A DNA stretch of 64,000 nucleotides, taken from contig CM022671.1 of the NCBI GenBank assembly GCA_012295275.1, positions 23,126,001-23,190,000 of the forward strand, in the 5' to 3' direction. Every line of letters starts with the position of its first letter. Within the stretch, counting starts at the first letter, position 1. The position numbers were made by a program, and so were the translations under genes. This document shows, in pieces, positions 41,287-56,553 of this stretch. This DNA comes from Chrysomallon squamiferum. Its lineage: Eukaryota > Animalia > Mollusca. The notes beneath the pieces are model-generated. The model ran no database searches, was not told the DNA's origin, and saw only the letters and a program-made list of their open reading frames with translations.

Positions 41287-42031
41287 TATTAATACTAGTT
41301 ACTAATTATTTAAATAGGTATTAATATTTGTTACTAAATAATTAAATACGTATTAATATTTGTTATTAATTATTTAAATACGTTTTAATACTTGTTAATA
41401 ACTATTTAAATGTATATTAATACTTGTTACTAATTATTTAAATAGGTATTAATATTTGTTACTAAATAATTAAATACGTATTAATATTTGTTATTAATTA
41501 TTTAAATACGTTTTAATATTTAAATGTAGGTAACAACTTGTTATTAATTCTTTAAATGTTTATTGATACTAATTATTTTATTATGTATTCATATCTTTTG
41601 ATCATTATTTAAATATACATTAATATTTGTTTTAGTTATTTCAATACGCATTAATACTAATTATTTAAAAACGTATTGTTGCTAATTCTTTAAATGCGCA
41701 TTAATATTAGCTACTAAATATATAAATACGTATTAATATTTGTTACTAATTCTTTAAATATACATTAATATTTGTAACTTGTTATTTAAATATGTATTAT
41801 CGAATGTTAGGAATTCTTTAAATATGTTTTAATATAATTACTAATTATATCATGATAGGAATTCTTTGACGTATATTAGTGCTGTTACCAATTATTTAAA
41901 TATGTTCTGATAATATTACTAATCATTCAAGTATGTATTAATGTTATTATTAATTATTTAAATATGCAATAATATTTATTAGTAATTCATTAAGCATGTA
42001 TTAAAATGCATTACTAAGTCTTTAAATATGT
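41287..42031. repeat. ~32-bp AT-rich minisatellite, about 23 units, decaying rightwards
   Basis: Consensus TATTAATATTTGTTACTAATTATTTAAATACG. Confidence 0.9.
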
Positions 42032-42375
42032 AGTATGACGAAAACAATGTGGCGTGGAAATATGAAGACCACTGTGTGCACTGCGAGGAAAAGATGAATT
42101 TAGATATGATTGACTATATGACGTTTACAAGCAGATGAGTCATAAAAGAAAATTACTTTCATTGTTGTCACTAAACAAATGACAATCACTTCAGACATTT
42201 TTTTTTTTAACTTAGACATCGTTCGAAGAAACAGTTTATTTGCAACAAGAATTTGTTAAACAAATATTTTCACTGCAACAAGTACCAAAGCGACTATAAC
42301 TATTACGCATAAAAAAGTATATCTCTAACTATATTAAAAAACCTGAACTTTCCAAACTTTGATAAACTAAAATAA

Positions 42376-42612
42376 ATGTTTAATGACACCTCAACCGGTT
42401 TCAGTAAAGGTTATAAAATATCAAAAATATATTCTGATTATAATCATAAGAAACAAAGCTCGTGCCTTATTATCGCTGATTAGCAGCAAAGAATCTTGTA
42501 TATGCACCTTCCCATAGGACTGGAAAACATATAACATGACATTTGATAAATAGACCTCTGACTTGGAAAGTATTGGGCTGTTGGACACAGCTGGCAGTAT
42601 TGATCACGCGTC
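42376..42612 (-). mobile_element. Degenerate SINE with Meta/MESC-like core
   Basis: 42476-42514 (CTGATTAGCAGCAAAGAATCTTGTATATGCACCTTCCCA) is the near reverse complement of 9606-9644. The outer limits are approximate. Confidence 0.55.
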
Positions 42613-44247
42613 CTAAATACTAGTAACTCGTAAATATATATGTTTTTCAGTTTTTTTCTCTTTGTTTCTTTATTTCTTTTCTTTTCACCACACGAAAAGA
42701 AATATTAATTAGTTTTATACCAGTGATATAAGAGACGACGTCAAGTAATTATAATAGCAGTTTCACAATTTATAGGGTTTCATGAAAGAAAATATACTTG
42801 TATTTACTGCTTGGTTCGTATTGACAAGATGTACTTACAAATGAAGAGTTAAAAGATCAAAGCGTATTCAGATTCTAGACACAGAAAGAAATAAATATCA
42901 TTTTTTCTCACCTGTAATAATTATTATTCCTTTTTTTTTTTTTTATTTTTCTTAACGCCAGATCTGAAGTATTATGTTCAAAAAGAGTCAGCAAAAAGGT
43001 TCCTTCAATTATACTGCACGAAAATTATGACGGCTGAAAAATTCTTTTGTTTCAAGTATGACAAGCCGAGTTAAATAGACTAAGAGATATTTTTATTTAT
43101 ATCATAGCTATTTTATTTGCTTTGTGCAGTGCTGAGAGGAATTCTTGGCATTATCAACCTTGTCCATGCATTCAACACCCATCCATCAATCCATCCATCC
43201 GTTCATCCATCATCACTTTTCATCTATGTCAGAACGGTTCTGGGAAAGCTAATTTCATTTTGTATCTTTCTTTTCCGTCTACCAAGTAGTTTGTCGCCTC
43301 TCTTCATGCTTATTGTATCCGTTTTAGATCTGAAGTTTCCTCTGTTCTCGCAAATATATTAATATTAAATAATTATATATATATATATATATATTTTTTT
43401 TTCTTTTGATAAAACAAATTATTGATAAAACAGAATTAAGTACGATTTATTTCGTAATTTAACTTAAACTTGCGGACAAAACTGAAAGTTCTTCCATTCA
43501 GCTATTTCACAGTTATTTCCGAAACAAGAAATTCACAATGAAAAAAAAAAAAACACACACAGAGACAGAGAGAGAGAGAGAGAGAGATTGAGAAGAAGAA
43601 GAAGAAGAAGAAAAAAATTGTATTCAAGTAGCTGTATATATTTCATCGGCATGGATGCCAAACAATTTGGACAATATATGAAATTACAGACTCTTCATGT
43701 GCGAGAAACTAATCGGCGAGATCAAAGTAAACGCTGGGTTTAAAGGGACGTCTCAATTCATTAGGTTTACGCACAGTCAAAACACCCCCAGGACCTAAAC
43801 CAACATTTTACATCACAGATAAACATTGCACATCAAAGCAAGATGGAAAACCCTGTGACCTAGTGGGGGAACTTTTTCTCTGTAAAACTCGGGTAGACAA
43901 AAAAAAAAATTTTGCTTTTGTGCGGGTGCAGCGTGTTAAACAGGAAATATAACTGGCTGACAAAGAAAGGAATTGTTGTGAATTGTAGTGTTTGGGAGAG
44001 AAGAGAGAGATGAAGAAAAAAAAAATGGGACGCAAGAAGAAATGGTTCAGACCCCCCGAGGGGGTCAGTTAAGGTCCGAAAGAAGAAAGCAGAGTGACCG
44101 ATCTATTCTCTTCGACTTGTTGATGGTATGAGAATCATTTACTTAAATTTGTTACACAAGTTAACCGATAGCTTATTTTCTCACACGAAGTTGACACACT
44201 CTCGCGGTGTCTTTGTAATAATTTTAGATACAGAAAGCGATTGGTAA

Positions 44248-44326
<79 letters not shown>

Positions 44327-46516
44327 ATGTTTTATACAGCATACACATTCATGCACAAACATATACAAGCACGCATGCATTTGTTATGAATCAGTAATGT
44401 TTTAACAGTATTTAAAACACAGTTTAGAAAACTGATTCCATAATGAAAGTATAAAAAAAAAAATTAAAAACAAAAATTAATAAAAAAATGATTTCTCTAC
44501 AATTTTCAGAAATTAGACTTAGTAAAAACTACAATCAAACATAAGGTAGCGATTGACATTACTCCGAACCGTATATCTTCACCATCATCATCATCATCAT
44601 AACAACCACATTAAATACAACAACAACGATTTTTGCATCATATATTTTTGCGTAGATGTTTACATCTAAAGAGGACGGGGAATATATTGCGTGTACGACT
44701 TTACGTAAACGTTCGTAAAAAAAAATATTAAAAGAAGAAGAAGTGGTGAACCAAAAAAAAAAAAAAAAAAAATCCATAAAAATAAAAAAATAAAAAATTA
44801 CTGAAATCTTACAAGACAGGACAAGTACGATCAAACGAAGCGAATTCTCTGATGTCTTTAATCGCTTATTTTTCGTGGGAATTGAATAATAACAGATTGA
44901 TCCGTAGGTAAACAAATACGCGCTGTCCCGACAATCTGTTCGCAAACTTTGTGTCCTAAAATCCTGTCGTTTGTTTTCGTTTGTTTTCGTTTGTCTTTCC
45001 GACCGGCAACGCGAGACGCTCTACAACGCATCTGTCCGTGTTAAGACTCTCTCTGTTCGTAACGTTCACCGAGCGTCATTGAGCGAAACGCTAAAACAAT
45101 CATCTGAATTACGGACATAAAAACAAAACACATAAAACGCGAATCGGCTTTCGTTCTGAGAGTCGCCAAAGACGTAACGTTAGTCAGCCGGAAAGCGTGT
45201 CAAACGATTGAACAGTGACAAGTTTTGGGGCTAAAGTCTTCCAGGCTTACGCCTTCTCCGCCTCTTACTCCTCCTTCTCCTTCTGCTACTACTACTACTA
45301 CCACTACTACTACAACAACAACAACAACTACTACTACTGCTGCTGCTGCTGCTGCTAAATTATTTTCATTACTTGTATTAGCTTTATTATTACGTGATTA
45401 AGTAGAAGATGATGATAAAAAATAAAAATGATCAAGACAGAACAAAAAATTCGTTTTAATTACAATAATAAATTGATATATATGTATGTTTATGTTTATC
45501 CCTCTACTTTATTTATTTCTTTATTTACTTGTATACATTTTTTTTTTTTTTTGTTGTTGTTGTTGTTGTGGTAAATTTACTATTTTTATTTATACTGTTA
45601 TTTTGTTATTTAATTTTAAAATGTTTTGGTTGTTTTGGTTTTTTTTTTTTTTTTTTTTTGATGTGTTATTTTTCCTACGATTGCAAATTTGAGTTCAAAA
45701 AAACAAAAAAACAAAATGTCTTTTCACACACCACTGTTCATTTTCATAAAACACGTCTTTTGTCGTTAACGACATCTCGATGGACATCAGCTGCAGGATG
45801 TTTAAGAAATATCTGTCCATTGTCTCGCACATAAAATCACCTTAATCTGCTAGAACGCGGCCATCTCTCAACTTCGGAACCATTCCTACAAACATTAATA
45901 TGCTATTCACAGACTCTACGAATCGATAAACGGGGTTAGCTCGCTCAGATGGTCGGAATTAAGTGTCGCCAATGCTCGAGTGGCCACCGAAATGAGGAGC
46001 TCGTTCCTTGGGGACTGGGGGGGGGGGGAAATTCCCTTCGTAGCATCGCACGCGCGTTCTCCCGTCGCCGTTGGAAGACTCTTTATTAACGATCAAAATG
46101 ACAACGTTTGCCAAGTTACACGAAAAGTTCAACATCATTTTCACCAGCTAACCGAATTATTCACACGTAGCGACTCGAGCCTGTCGACGTTATTTCGACG
46201 ATGTTTATAATGAACATGCAAGTGTCGCGGTCGAGGCTACGAGGGCAAATTACCTCGGGGACGTTGTTACTCGTGTTGTGGGAACATTGCTCGCGAATGC
46301 GTGTAATGCGTCTAGCTTTTATCATTCTGACGAACTACAATGGTGCACGTAATTCGGTATTACGAGCGAATCAGAATCCTATTTCATACAGCATTAGTTT
46401 GACACTGTGCATTACTACGTGAATGAAGGCAGCAAACAACGCCGTACGTCGTAAACAACCAGCACAATAGGACAAGATCCGAAGCGAAATTTACTTTTTG
46501 ATTTAATTTTCTATCC

Positions 46517-46553
<37 letters not shown>

Positions 46554-47604
46554 GACAGTGTCTCTATTGGTAACGTTTTTTGTAATTCTCTTCTGTAAGA
46601 AAAAAAAAAAAAAATGTCTAAAGAGCAAAAATGATATATAAAGATATTAATAAAATACTTTTAGCATTTACAGGATTGATGAATTAATTATTATCATCAT
46701 CATCATCGTCATCATCATCATCATCATCATCATTTTAACACTGTAAAATAACATTACTTTCAAAACAAATTCGTAAATATTAAGAAATCCATTTTATTTA
46801 AGTATCTAAACAAACAAACAAACAAAACAAAACAAAACATACATACAAATAAATAAATAAATGCTTTACAGAAAACTTCAACATATTAATATTCCTGTAT
46901 TCGTCATTAATTTAACCTTTTAATATCGTCCTAAACATTGTTTGTCGCTAGAAGATGGGTACATCACCCCCACCCCCCCACTCTCGGTTACCGAGAAAAG
47001 ACTTCAGTTTATCAACCTGTGTATTTCAGTTAACCACCTACCTGGCCATTGTCTTGTTTTTATAATTGGTTGTGGTTAATTAATTACAGCCAGTTTTACG
47101 AGGCAGCTTCGACCAATTAATTTTTCTGCAATAAAACCATAGTTTATATTTATTTTAATGAAATATTTTCAGAGAAATGGATAGTCGCAGCTATTTGTAA
47201 TGAGGAATGGATTCTTTACCGATGTTTATAAACTTATTTTATTCGCTCTGAATTGTAGGTGAGGTTCAGAAAACTCTGTATAATACAATATAATATAATA
47301 TATATATATATATATATATATTTGGATATATTTGTATATGTGTGTGTCTTTTTTTTATATCTTTGTTGTTGTTTTAAAATTAAGATACAATTAACAATTC
47401 GCAGCAGTCTCTTTATAAAAAAACATACACATACATGTTTGTGTAACTAGCACAAAAAAAGAACAAAATCCAAAAAATAATAATAATAAAAAGAATGTAA
47501 AAAAAACCCGCAAACGACAAGTTTCAGTATTTTTTGACGGTTTAGAAATCTCAGTGAAACTGATAAATTCGTAATGTTGATGACATTTTGTTGTTATTGT
47601 TTTA

Positions 47605-47641
<37 letters not shown>

Positions 47642-49091
47642 TGTTTTCTTGTTTTTTTTTTTTTTTTTTTTATTTTTTTTTTAATAAAATCATGACTATT
47701 AAACACTAAATTCATTTTTATTACGCTAGAATTTATAGATAAATATCCATTCCTAAGAACATCTATATAGTATTACATCCAGTACGAAATGGAATTCTTC
47801 GACGAAGGAAATTTGGTTGGAAATATTACAAAATGTGTCATTTCGTGATGGAGTCTCAGTTTTCTTGTCTTTTATTACGGTCTTAAACCTAGGAAGTGCA
47901 GTTATTTAATTCAAACGAAGGATATTAAAATATGACTCATGTAGGCATTCAGTTTTTACAGTCTACAAAAAAATTTCATTTAACAACATCGGAAAGAAAA
48001 ATGTATCGCTACATGCATACCATAAAGTCTGAGATTGTCATTTTATGTTGGTATCAGAATGTCGTAACCATGTCAGCTAAGAACAGCTATGTTTAAACAT
48101 TTTATCTTTATTATTATTATTATTATTATACAATATTATGTATCGATAACAGATATATTAGAATATGAATTTTACACAGGCTGAATACAAAATCAGTATT
48201 AAATAGTTTCTTTAAATAACAGATAGTTTTTGAGTTTTATTTCAAAACATTCACAAGTATCTTTCGCGTAGTTCAAATCAAGAAGATACGATCTTATTTA
48301 GTGTCGTACCCACATCAGAGATATACCTGTATCTCAGTACGAACGAGAAATAAAAATGTATTCAGTTTTATGTAGTTTTTTTTGATCATCAGTTTTCTAC
48401 GCACATAGTGTCAACGTGACAAATCCATTACACGAATCTGAAACGAAAACATTTCGTGTTTCACAAAAATTTTTTTTTTTTTTTTTTTAATAATAATAAT
48501 AATAAAAAGAACATCTATAAAGAAAGAAAAAGAGAAAAATCCAATTACATTTCACAAACGAAATCCATATTTCTTTCTTTTTTTTTTTTTTTTCACATTT
48601 TTTTTTTTTTTTTTTCACCACTCATCCACATTTTCTTTCAGTTCCACAATTACAGTTCTGACATGGCGACCCTCATCACCGCTTTGGCAGAAACGTACAC
48701 CAGTTTTTCGCGCGCAAAACCCACAGGCTGGTCGCGTGCTGTTCACGTGTGATGAATGTAGTTGACAACACCTGGAATGATGACGACTTCCTAAGCATTA
48801 CAAGCTGTTGTCTTAAACAGACATGCAATTTCTTCAGACCTCCGATTCGGTTTGCATTTGTCATGTGTAATTTTCCGTTTTCCCTTTTGGGCGATTGATG
48901 AAGCCACGGGTTATAATTAAGCTGTCTATTTAATAAAGTAATAACATATGGGAAAGATTGATTAACAGTTTGAATCACATTTGAAAATACATCATCACTG
49001 TCTTGAGCCGACGTGCTTTTAAACCGTAGAAGTGGAAATCTGTCTTCTGTCACTCGGTGAATGCAAGTATGCGTGTATTTGTGCAAACAGT

Positions 49092-49136
<45 letters not shown>

Positions 49137-49505
49137 GCACATACGTATGTAGGTATATGTTTGTTGGTATATGTATGCATATGTTAAGTTATGTCTATTT
49201 AAGCATATCTTTATAGTGGTGTGTGTATGATGTGTTTTGGTTATGGGTTTGTGTTTGTAAAGAAAAGAAAACATGTTTATTTTATGATTATGCTAAAATT
49301 AAATATTTTCAGTTTTGATAACTGCAATTTTTAATCCATATAATTCATGTTTTTTTTTGTTTTGTTCTGTTTTTTTTTTGTTTTGTTTTTTTATCGAGTT
49401 CAGCATTTCATTAATTTTTATCTTCTAGTAATTTTGTTTTTATTGTTTTAAGCTGATCTCTAGTCTTTAGAGAAGAAAACCAAGGAATTAAAATATCGCA
49501 ACCTT

Positions 49506-49560
<55 letters not shown>

Positions 49561-50775
49561 AAATAAAATTAACTAACAAAAACAATAAATAATAATAATG
49601 ATAATAATATAAAATGTTTACAAAATTAACTATATGAGAAAAAAATAATAAATAAAAAAGAATTAAAATTAAAATGTTTACAAGAACAGAAATTAGATAC
49701 AAATGGAAATAAAAAAAAAAAAAAAAAAGTTAAAAGAAAAACAATAATGTCAAACAAATAAAGGGATACAACGTGGAAAGTGTAGATACAAATAAAACTG
49801 TATTTAATGTAAAAAAAAATGAAAATGTAATATGATAAAACAAAATCAAACAACATACATACATATCATATATGGATCAAATATATATATATATATATTA
49901 AAAATATTTTAATGACTATATATTAAGTTTGTATCTAATATTTATGTCGTCTTGTTCTTTTATGGTTTTCTTATTCATAATAAATACTGAATAAAAGAAT
50001 AAACTAATTTTACGTTTACGGTTTCTTTGGATATTCATAATAAATTTATTATTATTATTATTATTATTCAAAGGATAAATAATTCAGAGGTCCCGGAATA
50101 TCCCAATTAATTTTTCTAATTTATTCCCGAAAAAACTGCAACAGTCTATGACGTAGACTGGTATTATGTTACAAGTACTCAAAGAGCCGGTTGGTAAATC
50201 ACAGTCGTGTCAAAGGTCAACAGAACCGCGTGCTCGAAACCGCTTTACGCTTTGTCAGGTAATTTTGATTTTCACGCAACCCTCATGGCTCCGTCTAAGT
50301 AAAAATGTCATTTAGGCGTGGCATCAGGTTGGGTTCGCAGACTCGGGGCAGTGTTAAGCTCTTGGGTGTGGGAAGCGAATGTCTTTTTTGTCAATACTCA
50401 GTGATTTAACCGAACCGCTGTCGCTGAAGCAGGACCCGCGAGTCGGTCGTTTGTGTTTTTAGGTCAATTTTCTTCACCGTGTTTTATCCGCCGAGTAATC
50501 GGCGAGTGACAGAGTTCTTGGTTTATATGTCACGTGACATTTGTAATTAAGAAAAAAAAAAAAAAAAAAAAGAAAGAAAGAAAGAAAAGAAACAATACCA
50601 AGGCATGAGAGGCTAATTGAAAAGATGAATAGATAAACGAATGAACGATCAAGAACGAAAAAAAAAAAAAAAAAAGAAGTCAGACCTCTAGGTTATAGAA
50701 ATAAAGTTTTCAGATACGGACGTGATTAAAAATGAAGAAAAATAGACTAACAGACAGACAGACAGACACACGAAC

Positions 50776-50812
<37 letters not shown>

Positions 50813-51508
50813 AAAACAACGTTCAGACTGGAAAGCAACGTTCAGAAGAAAAACAGATACTTAGAAAGAAGGAACAACAGAGGTGAATTAATATCAAACT
50901 CGCTCATTGTAACGATTTAACTATACAACATAAAATGTGGAACAAAACTCCCAAAATACAAAAGTCAAACAATATTCATTCTTGTTCCTTAAAGAGACAA
51001 AATTAACTTTATTTCTTCGTTTGTTAATGTGCGTAGAAAGAAAAAAATAAAAAAAATACATAAAATTTTTTTTAAAAAATCCGAAGGCGGTTTATAAGAA
51101 GGAACGGTTTTGGCGCCGTAATTCCCATGACCGCATCACTTAAAGGTAAAATAAACTCTACAAAAGCAGTGATTTATGTCCAGTAATAAACACATGAAAG
51201 AGGTCAGTGGTTTGTCTTTTCTTTCTTCTTCTTCTTTTTCGTTTTACGGTTGTCTTTTTCGTTCTTTCTCTTTACTTTAAAAAAAAAAAAAAAATATTTT
51301 TTTTTTTTGAAAAGCAAAAGTTAAGAAACAGTAAACTACTGTTATCAACAACGGTCAAGAGGCAGTCTATTTGAAACGACTTTAATTTTCCCGATAAAAA
51401 AAAAAAGGCGTAAAGTTAATTTTTTCGTTTTTGTTTACCTTTCATTAATATAAGAATACATAAACTGAAGAATAAACAAGGAATAAAAAAAAAAAAAAAA
51501 AACAATCG

Positions 51509-51540
<32 letters not shown>

Positions 51541-52579
51541 TGAAAAAGAAAAAAGAAATGTTTACATTCTGAATGTCTGTGATGAATGAATAAGATAATA
51601 TTTAGTATGAAATCAGGACAATATGAGTAACCTTAAATATAGACTGTTTATTCATTACATTTTTTTAACTTTCACTGTACTCGATAAGAAAGCCCGATAG
51701 ACAGAGTAGAATTACAGAAATACGTAAGCGCCTCTCCAACCTTTGGGTCCATTTGTAAACCACATCTCTGCCTTTCACTGTTAGGGAGCTAAAGGTTAGA
51801 ACGAAATCTACAGTCTGCTTATTTAATTTGCTGTGAGAATAGGTTCACATTGGGTTTTTTTTCTCATATTAACCATGTACGCTTGTTGTTTGTTTGTTTT
51901 TTTACGTATTTCAAATGCATAATAATTAAACATTTTTAAAATGGAGAAAAAAAACAAATAGGAAATTTAAATAGGAAAATCGTATACTGTGTATATTCAG
52001 CTTGTCTGATGCACAATCTGTTTATAACATCATTCACAAACGTCCAGTTGTTTTTCTGCGTCTCACAGCTGTCGCCCGAACAGCTTACTCTATCTCCCAA
52101 AACCCAGCCAGCGATTGTGACAAGAGTTCTGAGGGCATTGGAGAGATAGAACACTAGGGTGAAAAAAAACGTAGAATTTATCAAACAATGATATGGCAAA
52201 ACTGTTACATTAAACCTTTATGCTTGCCTCGAAAAGTGTAAACAAAGCACAGCTTGCTATTGGAAAATTCGGATATCCAGCGCCATCAAGTATTGATCTC
52301 AAATCAGTCGTTGACGGCGAAAATTAACTGCTTTCAGTAACAGACCCAAACAATGATGTATAGAGCACGTTGTTTCAGCTATGAACTGTTGTATGCGGAA
52401 TACACATGGAAACACAATATTATTTTGAACCTTATATTTTCATAAAAAAAGTTTTTTTTGTTTTTTTTTGTGTTTTTTTTAGCGGTACACCTTTCAACAC
52501 GGATTAAGCTACATACTGCATTTCATATCGGCTATAAATTGTAGTTCTGGGCATGTATTGCCATCGCGCACGTTTCAAC

Positions 52580-52895
52580 ACAGAATACATTTGCAGACAA
52601 AATATTATTATGGCCATAAATCTTTATGCATAGAATATATTGCAGTCAAAATAATATTTCAACTATAATCTGTCGTACAAACAAAATATTGCTGCCATAA
52701 AATTTTGCAGTAGAGTAATAATACTGTTATTTCGTTGTAATGTTTTGTGTACGGAGCGTTTTGCAAAAATATGTCATATTTTAAAACAAATATATTTGCA
52801 GGTTTAATATTATGTCAGCCATTACGGTCTTGGGTATAGATAGAATATATTGCAAACAAAATAATATTTTGGACATAAAATTTGTGTGCACAGAT
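52580..52895. repeat. Highly degenerate ~50-bp tandem repeat
   Basis: Recurrent AGAATATATTGCA...AAAATAATATTT...CATAAA blocks near 52581, 52631, 52789 and 52841. Confidence 0.6.
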
Positions 52896-53081
52896 TAAGA
52901 ATTATATTAATAAAAATGTTGAAAAGTATTTCAGAGAAAATATTATTACGTCATGTAACTTTTAACTTGAAAATTTTCTCGATGAGAATGATATCTCCGT
53001 GATAAAGTATCCCTATAAACATACTATTTTATAGTATGAAAAAAAAAAAAATATATATAACCTGAAACACAATACTGAGAC

Positions 53082-53153
<72 letters not shown>

Positions 53154-53222
53154 GAAGAAGAAATAGAAGAAGAAGAAGGACAAGAAGAAGAATGCTTTTT
53201 GAAGGAATGAATGAATAAATCA

Positions 53223-53253
<31 letters not shown>

Positions 53254-54373
53254 ATTAATAAGCAAAGTTAATTGTAAACAGTGTATCCAAAAAATCGTTT
53301 TTTTAAAACAAAATACAGAAGTAAAAATAATAAAAATATTTAAATAAACATAAATAAATAAATAAATAAATAAAAATAAAAAATATAAAAATAAATAAAT
53401 AAAACAAATAAAATTTAAAAAAAACAACAATCTTACAAACTACACATATATGATATATTTATTTTTAGAAAAGAAAAAATAAAAAAAAAATGCAAATTTC
53501 GGATTTTCTTTTTTCTTTTACTTTTAACTCAAATAATGACGTATACGCCTAACAACGCCATAACAAAGCTTTGAACAGTTTACCGATTTTGGCGCCGTTA
53601 TTCCCACGACCGATTCCCTTTAAAGTGTAGGAAATTTTATTCTTGGTCTGGCATAAAACTACTGATTTACGCAGAGTAATAAACAGATAAAAGAGTGTCG
53701 GTTTTTCTTGTTGGTATATTAAAGTCTACAGAAATGCCAACAGTTTCAACTTTTACGCCCCCCAAAACATATAAAACAAAGATTTATAAAGTACTTTGTA
53801 TTATAACATTTATAAACAGTTTTACTTCTTTCATTCATCTCTATGTTTATTCGTCTATGTCCGTCTGTCTGCCTGTCGGATTATTGGTATATTTACATAC
53901 TTTTTTTTTGTTGAGAAAAAACGTCTCAAAGGGCTAAGGCTTTTTTTTTTTTTTTTTTTTATGTGATGCTTACTTAGATTTTGGCTTGCGTGTAGTAACA
54001 AGAGAAAAAAAAAAAAAAAAAAACCACGATGATTATGATTATAGGGGATTATTTTGCGTTTTGCTAATCAAAATGCACCAACTGTCACCTGAAATTAGAA
54101 AGAACATTTTTCTTGTAGAACTGTTAAAGTATTAGAGACATTTAGCCAGTACTGATGAAGTTGTAAGTGTGATGACAGTGACAGATTTATTGAGATTATC
54201 AACGTCATTTTCTACAGGTCAGCGACAAATATAGCAGAAATAAACAACAACAACAACAATAACAATAACAACATTTACAGGATAATAATATATAAATTAA
54301 TTAAAATAATTTAAATAAATAAAAACATCAGTCTAGGTTCTATTAATAAAATCTTTGTCATCAGAATGAACAA

Positions 54374-54543
<170 letters not shown>

Positions 54544-56517
54544 ATTTGTGAAATCAGATAAAACAGTGACAGAGTTATTATTATATTAAAACTGTTGACA
54601 GAGACACATACGCAAGGTTTTTTTTTTTGTTTACTTTGACTGGAGATAATATATCAAGAGAATGTTATTTTTCCAGCTGTTCGAAGACATGATTTATTCA
54701 TTCGAGGAAAAAAATGTGAATGTCCGTGTGAAGGTGGGGAAAGCATCTCCTCAAATGCTTTCATTGTATTTCCGCTGGGTATTGGCACACCTCCGTGATA
54801 ACACAGGTAAATTTTAGTGTCAGACATATTGATTCTGTGCAACATGCCGTAGTTTACGTTTTCATGAGCTACACGTGTTGCACTTTCCAGAAGTGTCCTT
54901 GGTCCAGAACCTGATCGTAAACGCTTTTTACTTCTTTTGTTTGTTTTTATTTCGTTTTTTTTTTTTAATTTTTAATTTTTTTTTTTTTTGTTAGTTTAAA
55001 TACATTTTCGAAAATCTATATGTTGACATAACACTGTTTTATTTGCAATCTACACATTTCAGGTCTATATTTAGAGTTTCATTTTGATCTGTGATTTATA
55101 AGTCGCTGTTGACATTAAAGAGACAAACCTAGTATTATGAAGAACAGAATGACGTATAAGCAGAATGATTAAGTAATAAAGTAAGATAATTACGCGGAAT
55201 TAGACTAAACATTCACGGAATCACCCGAACAACGCGTGACATATGAATTGAATACGAAGTTGTTGTTACGGTTTAATTTCAAAATCCGTTTTTCAAACAA
55301 GAACTTAATATTTGTTTTAAAGACGCGGGCCGCTCGTGGAAAACCATTAATATTTTTGTAATTTCAGAATTATTAAGCTCGATTCCTTCCGATGAAAGAG
55401 AACACTACGCCTCTTTCTCCGGCTCGTAATAAAACGTGGTCTTCGCACGCAAATTCTCAATCAGTGACATTCTCTTCTCACTGTCACGTCTTCGCTCATT
55501 TCTTGACATCTGACATGGTGTTACAAAGTGCTAACCATCATCCTCGGTTTTTTTTCATTTCTTCATCTGGGATGACCGGAATATCATTTTCTTGTGTACA
55601 CGTGGGTTTCTTGGTTGTTTTGTTTTTTTATCTTACGATCTACGAACACGAAATCCAAAAAAAAAAAAGAAAAAAAAAAAGAAGATAGAAGAAGAAGAAG
55701 AATTCATTTCGTACACAAAGAAAACAAGAAGAAAGAAAGAAAAAAAAAAAAAAAAAAAAATGGAAGAAGGATATCTAAACCATACGATGCGGGAAAAGCA
55801 TAATGAGAAGGATATAAAAGTTGCAATTTAGCGGAGACCTGAAACTACATGCTCTAAAGCGGCTGTCAGAAATAATTACGCACTTGAAAAACTGTCACCA
55901 GGACTGCGTGGTATTGGCTGTGCGTCGTGAACAAAACCTATTATATAGACATCAAAGAGGCTTGACAATGTTTAACTCTTGAGAGCCGGCGAAGTTTGAC
56001 AAGCAGACAAACTAGACCCAAACGTGTGTCTTGGGTGACAGTGTCTGGGTGGTATGTGTAAAAACCAGGTCCCAGTGGATCGGGTGTGGGTTCAGTTATG
56101 AAGAAGAAAAAAAAAAAAAAAAAAAAAAAAAAATCCGATATAGGTATATTAATACGCATCGAGATTAACTAGATATCAATCTTCAGGCTTTGCTACTCGC
56201 AGACGACATTTTGGAGACGGCGTACTGGTATGGGGTCAAGGGTCAAGTTGATAAAATGCCTTCTCTCTTTCTTTTCATAGGTGACACTGTATCAAATAAA
56301 TACACGGCATTTAAATAATGTTAACATATTGCTGCCATTGTTGGTGTCTGCTTGTTATTAATAATCGCATAATTACAGGCTGCTGTTTGGAATTATTTAG
56401 AAAACAACAAACCTAGCGTGGGATCAGGTTATCACCCAAGCATTTTAATTTAATTTTAAATATTTAAAAAATACTAGTTCAGTACAGGTTTATATATAAC
56501 ATAATAATACTGCACAA

Positions 56518-56553
<36 letters not shown>

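Noticed and set aside
45932-45960. GGGGTTAGCTCGCTCAGATGGT resembles a tRNA 5' end / A-box
   Set aside because: No B-box (GTTCRA) or cloverleaf downstream.
55115-55140. TTAAAGAGACAAACCTAG resembles a TTAA-flanked MITE terminus
   Set aside because: No matching inverted terminus found nearby.
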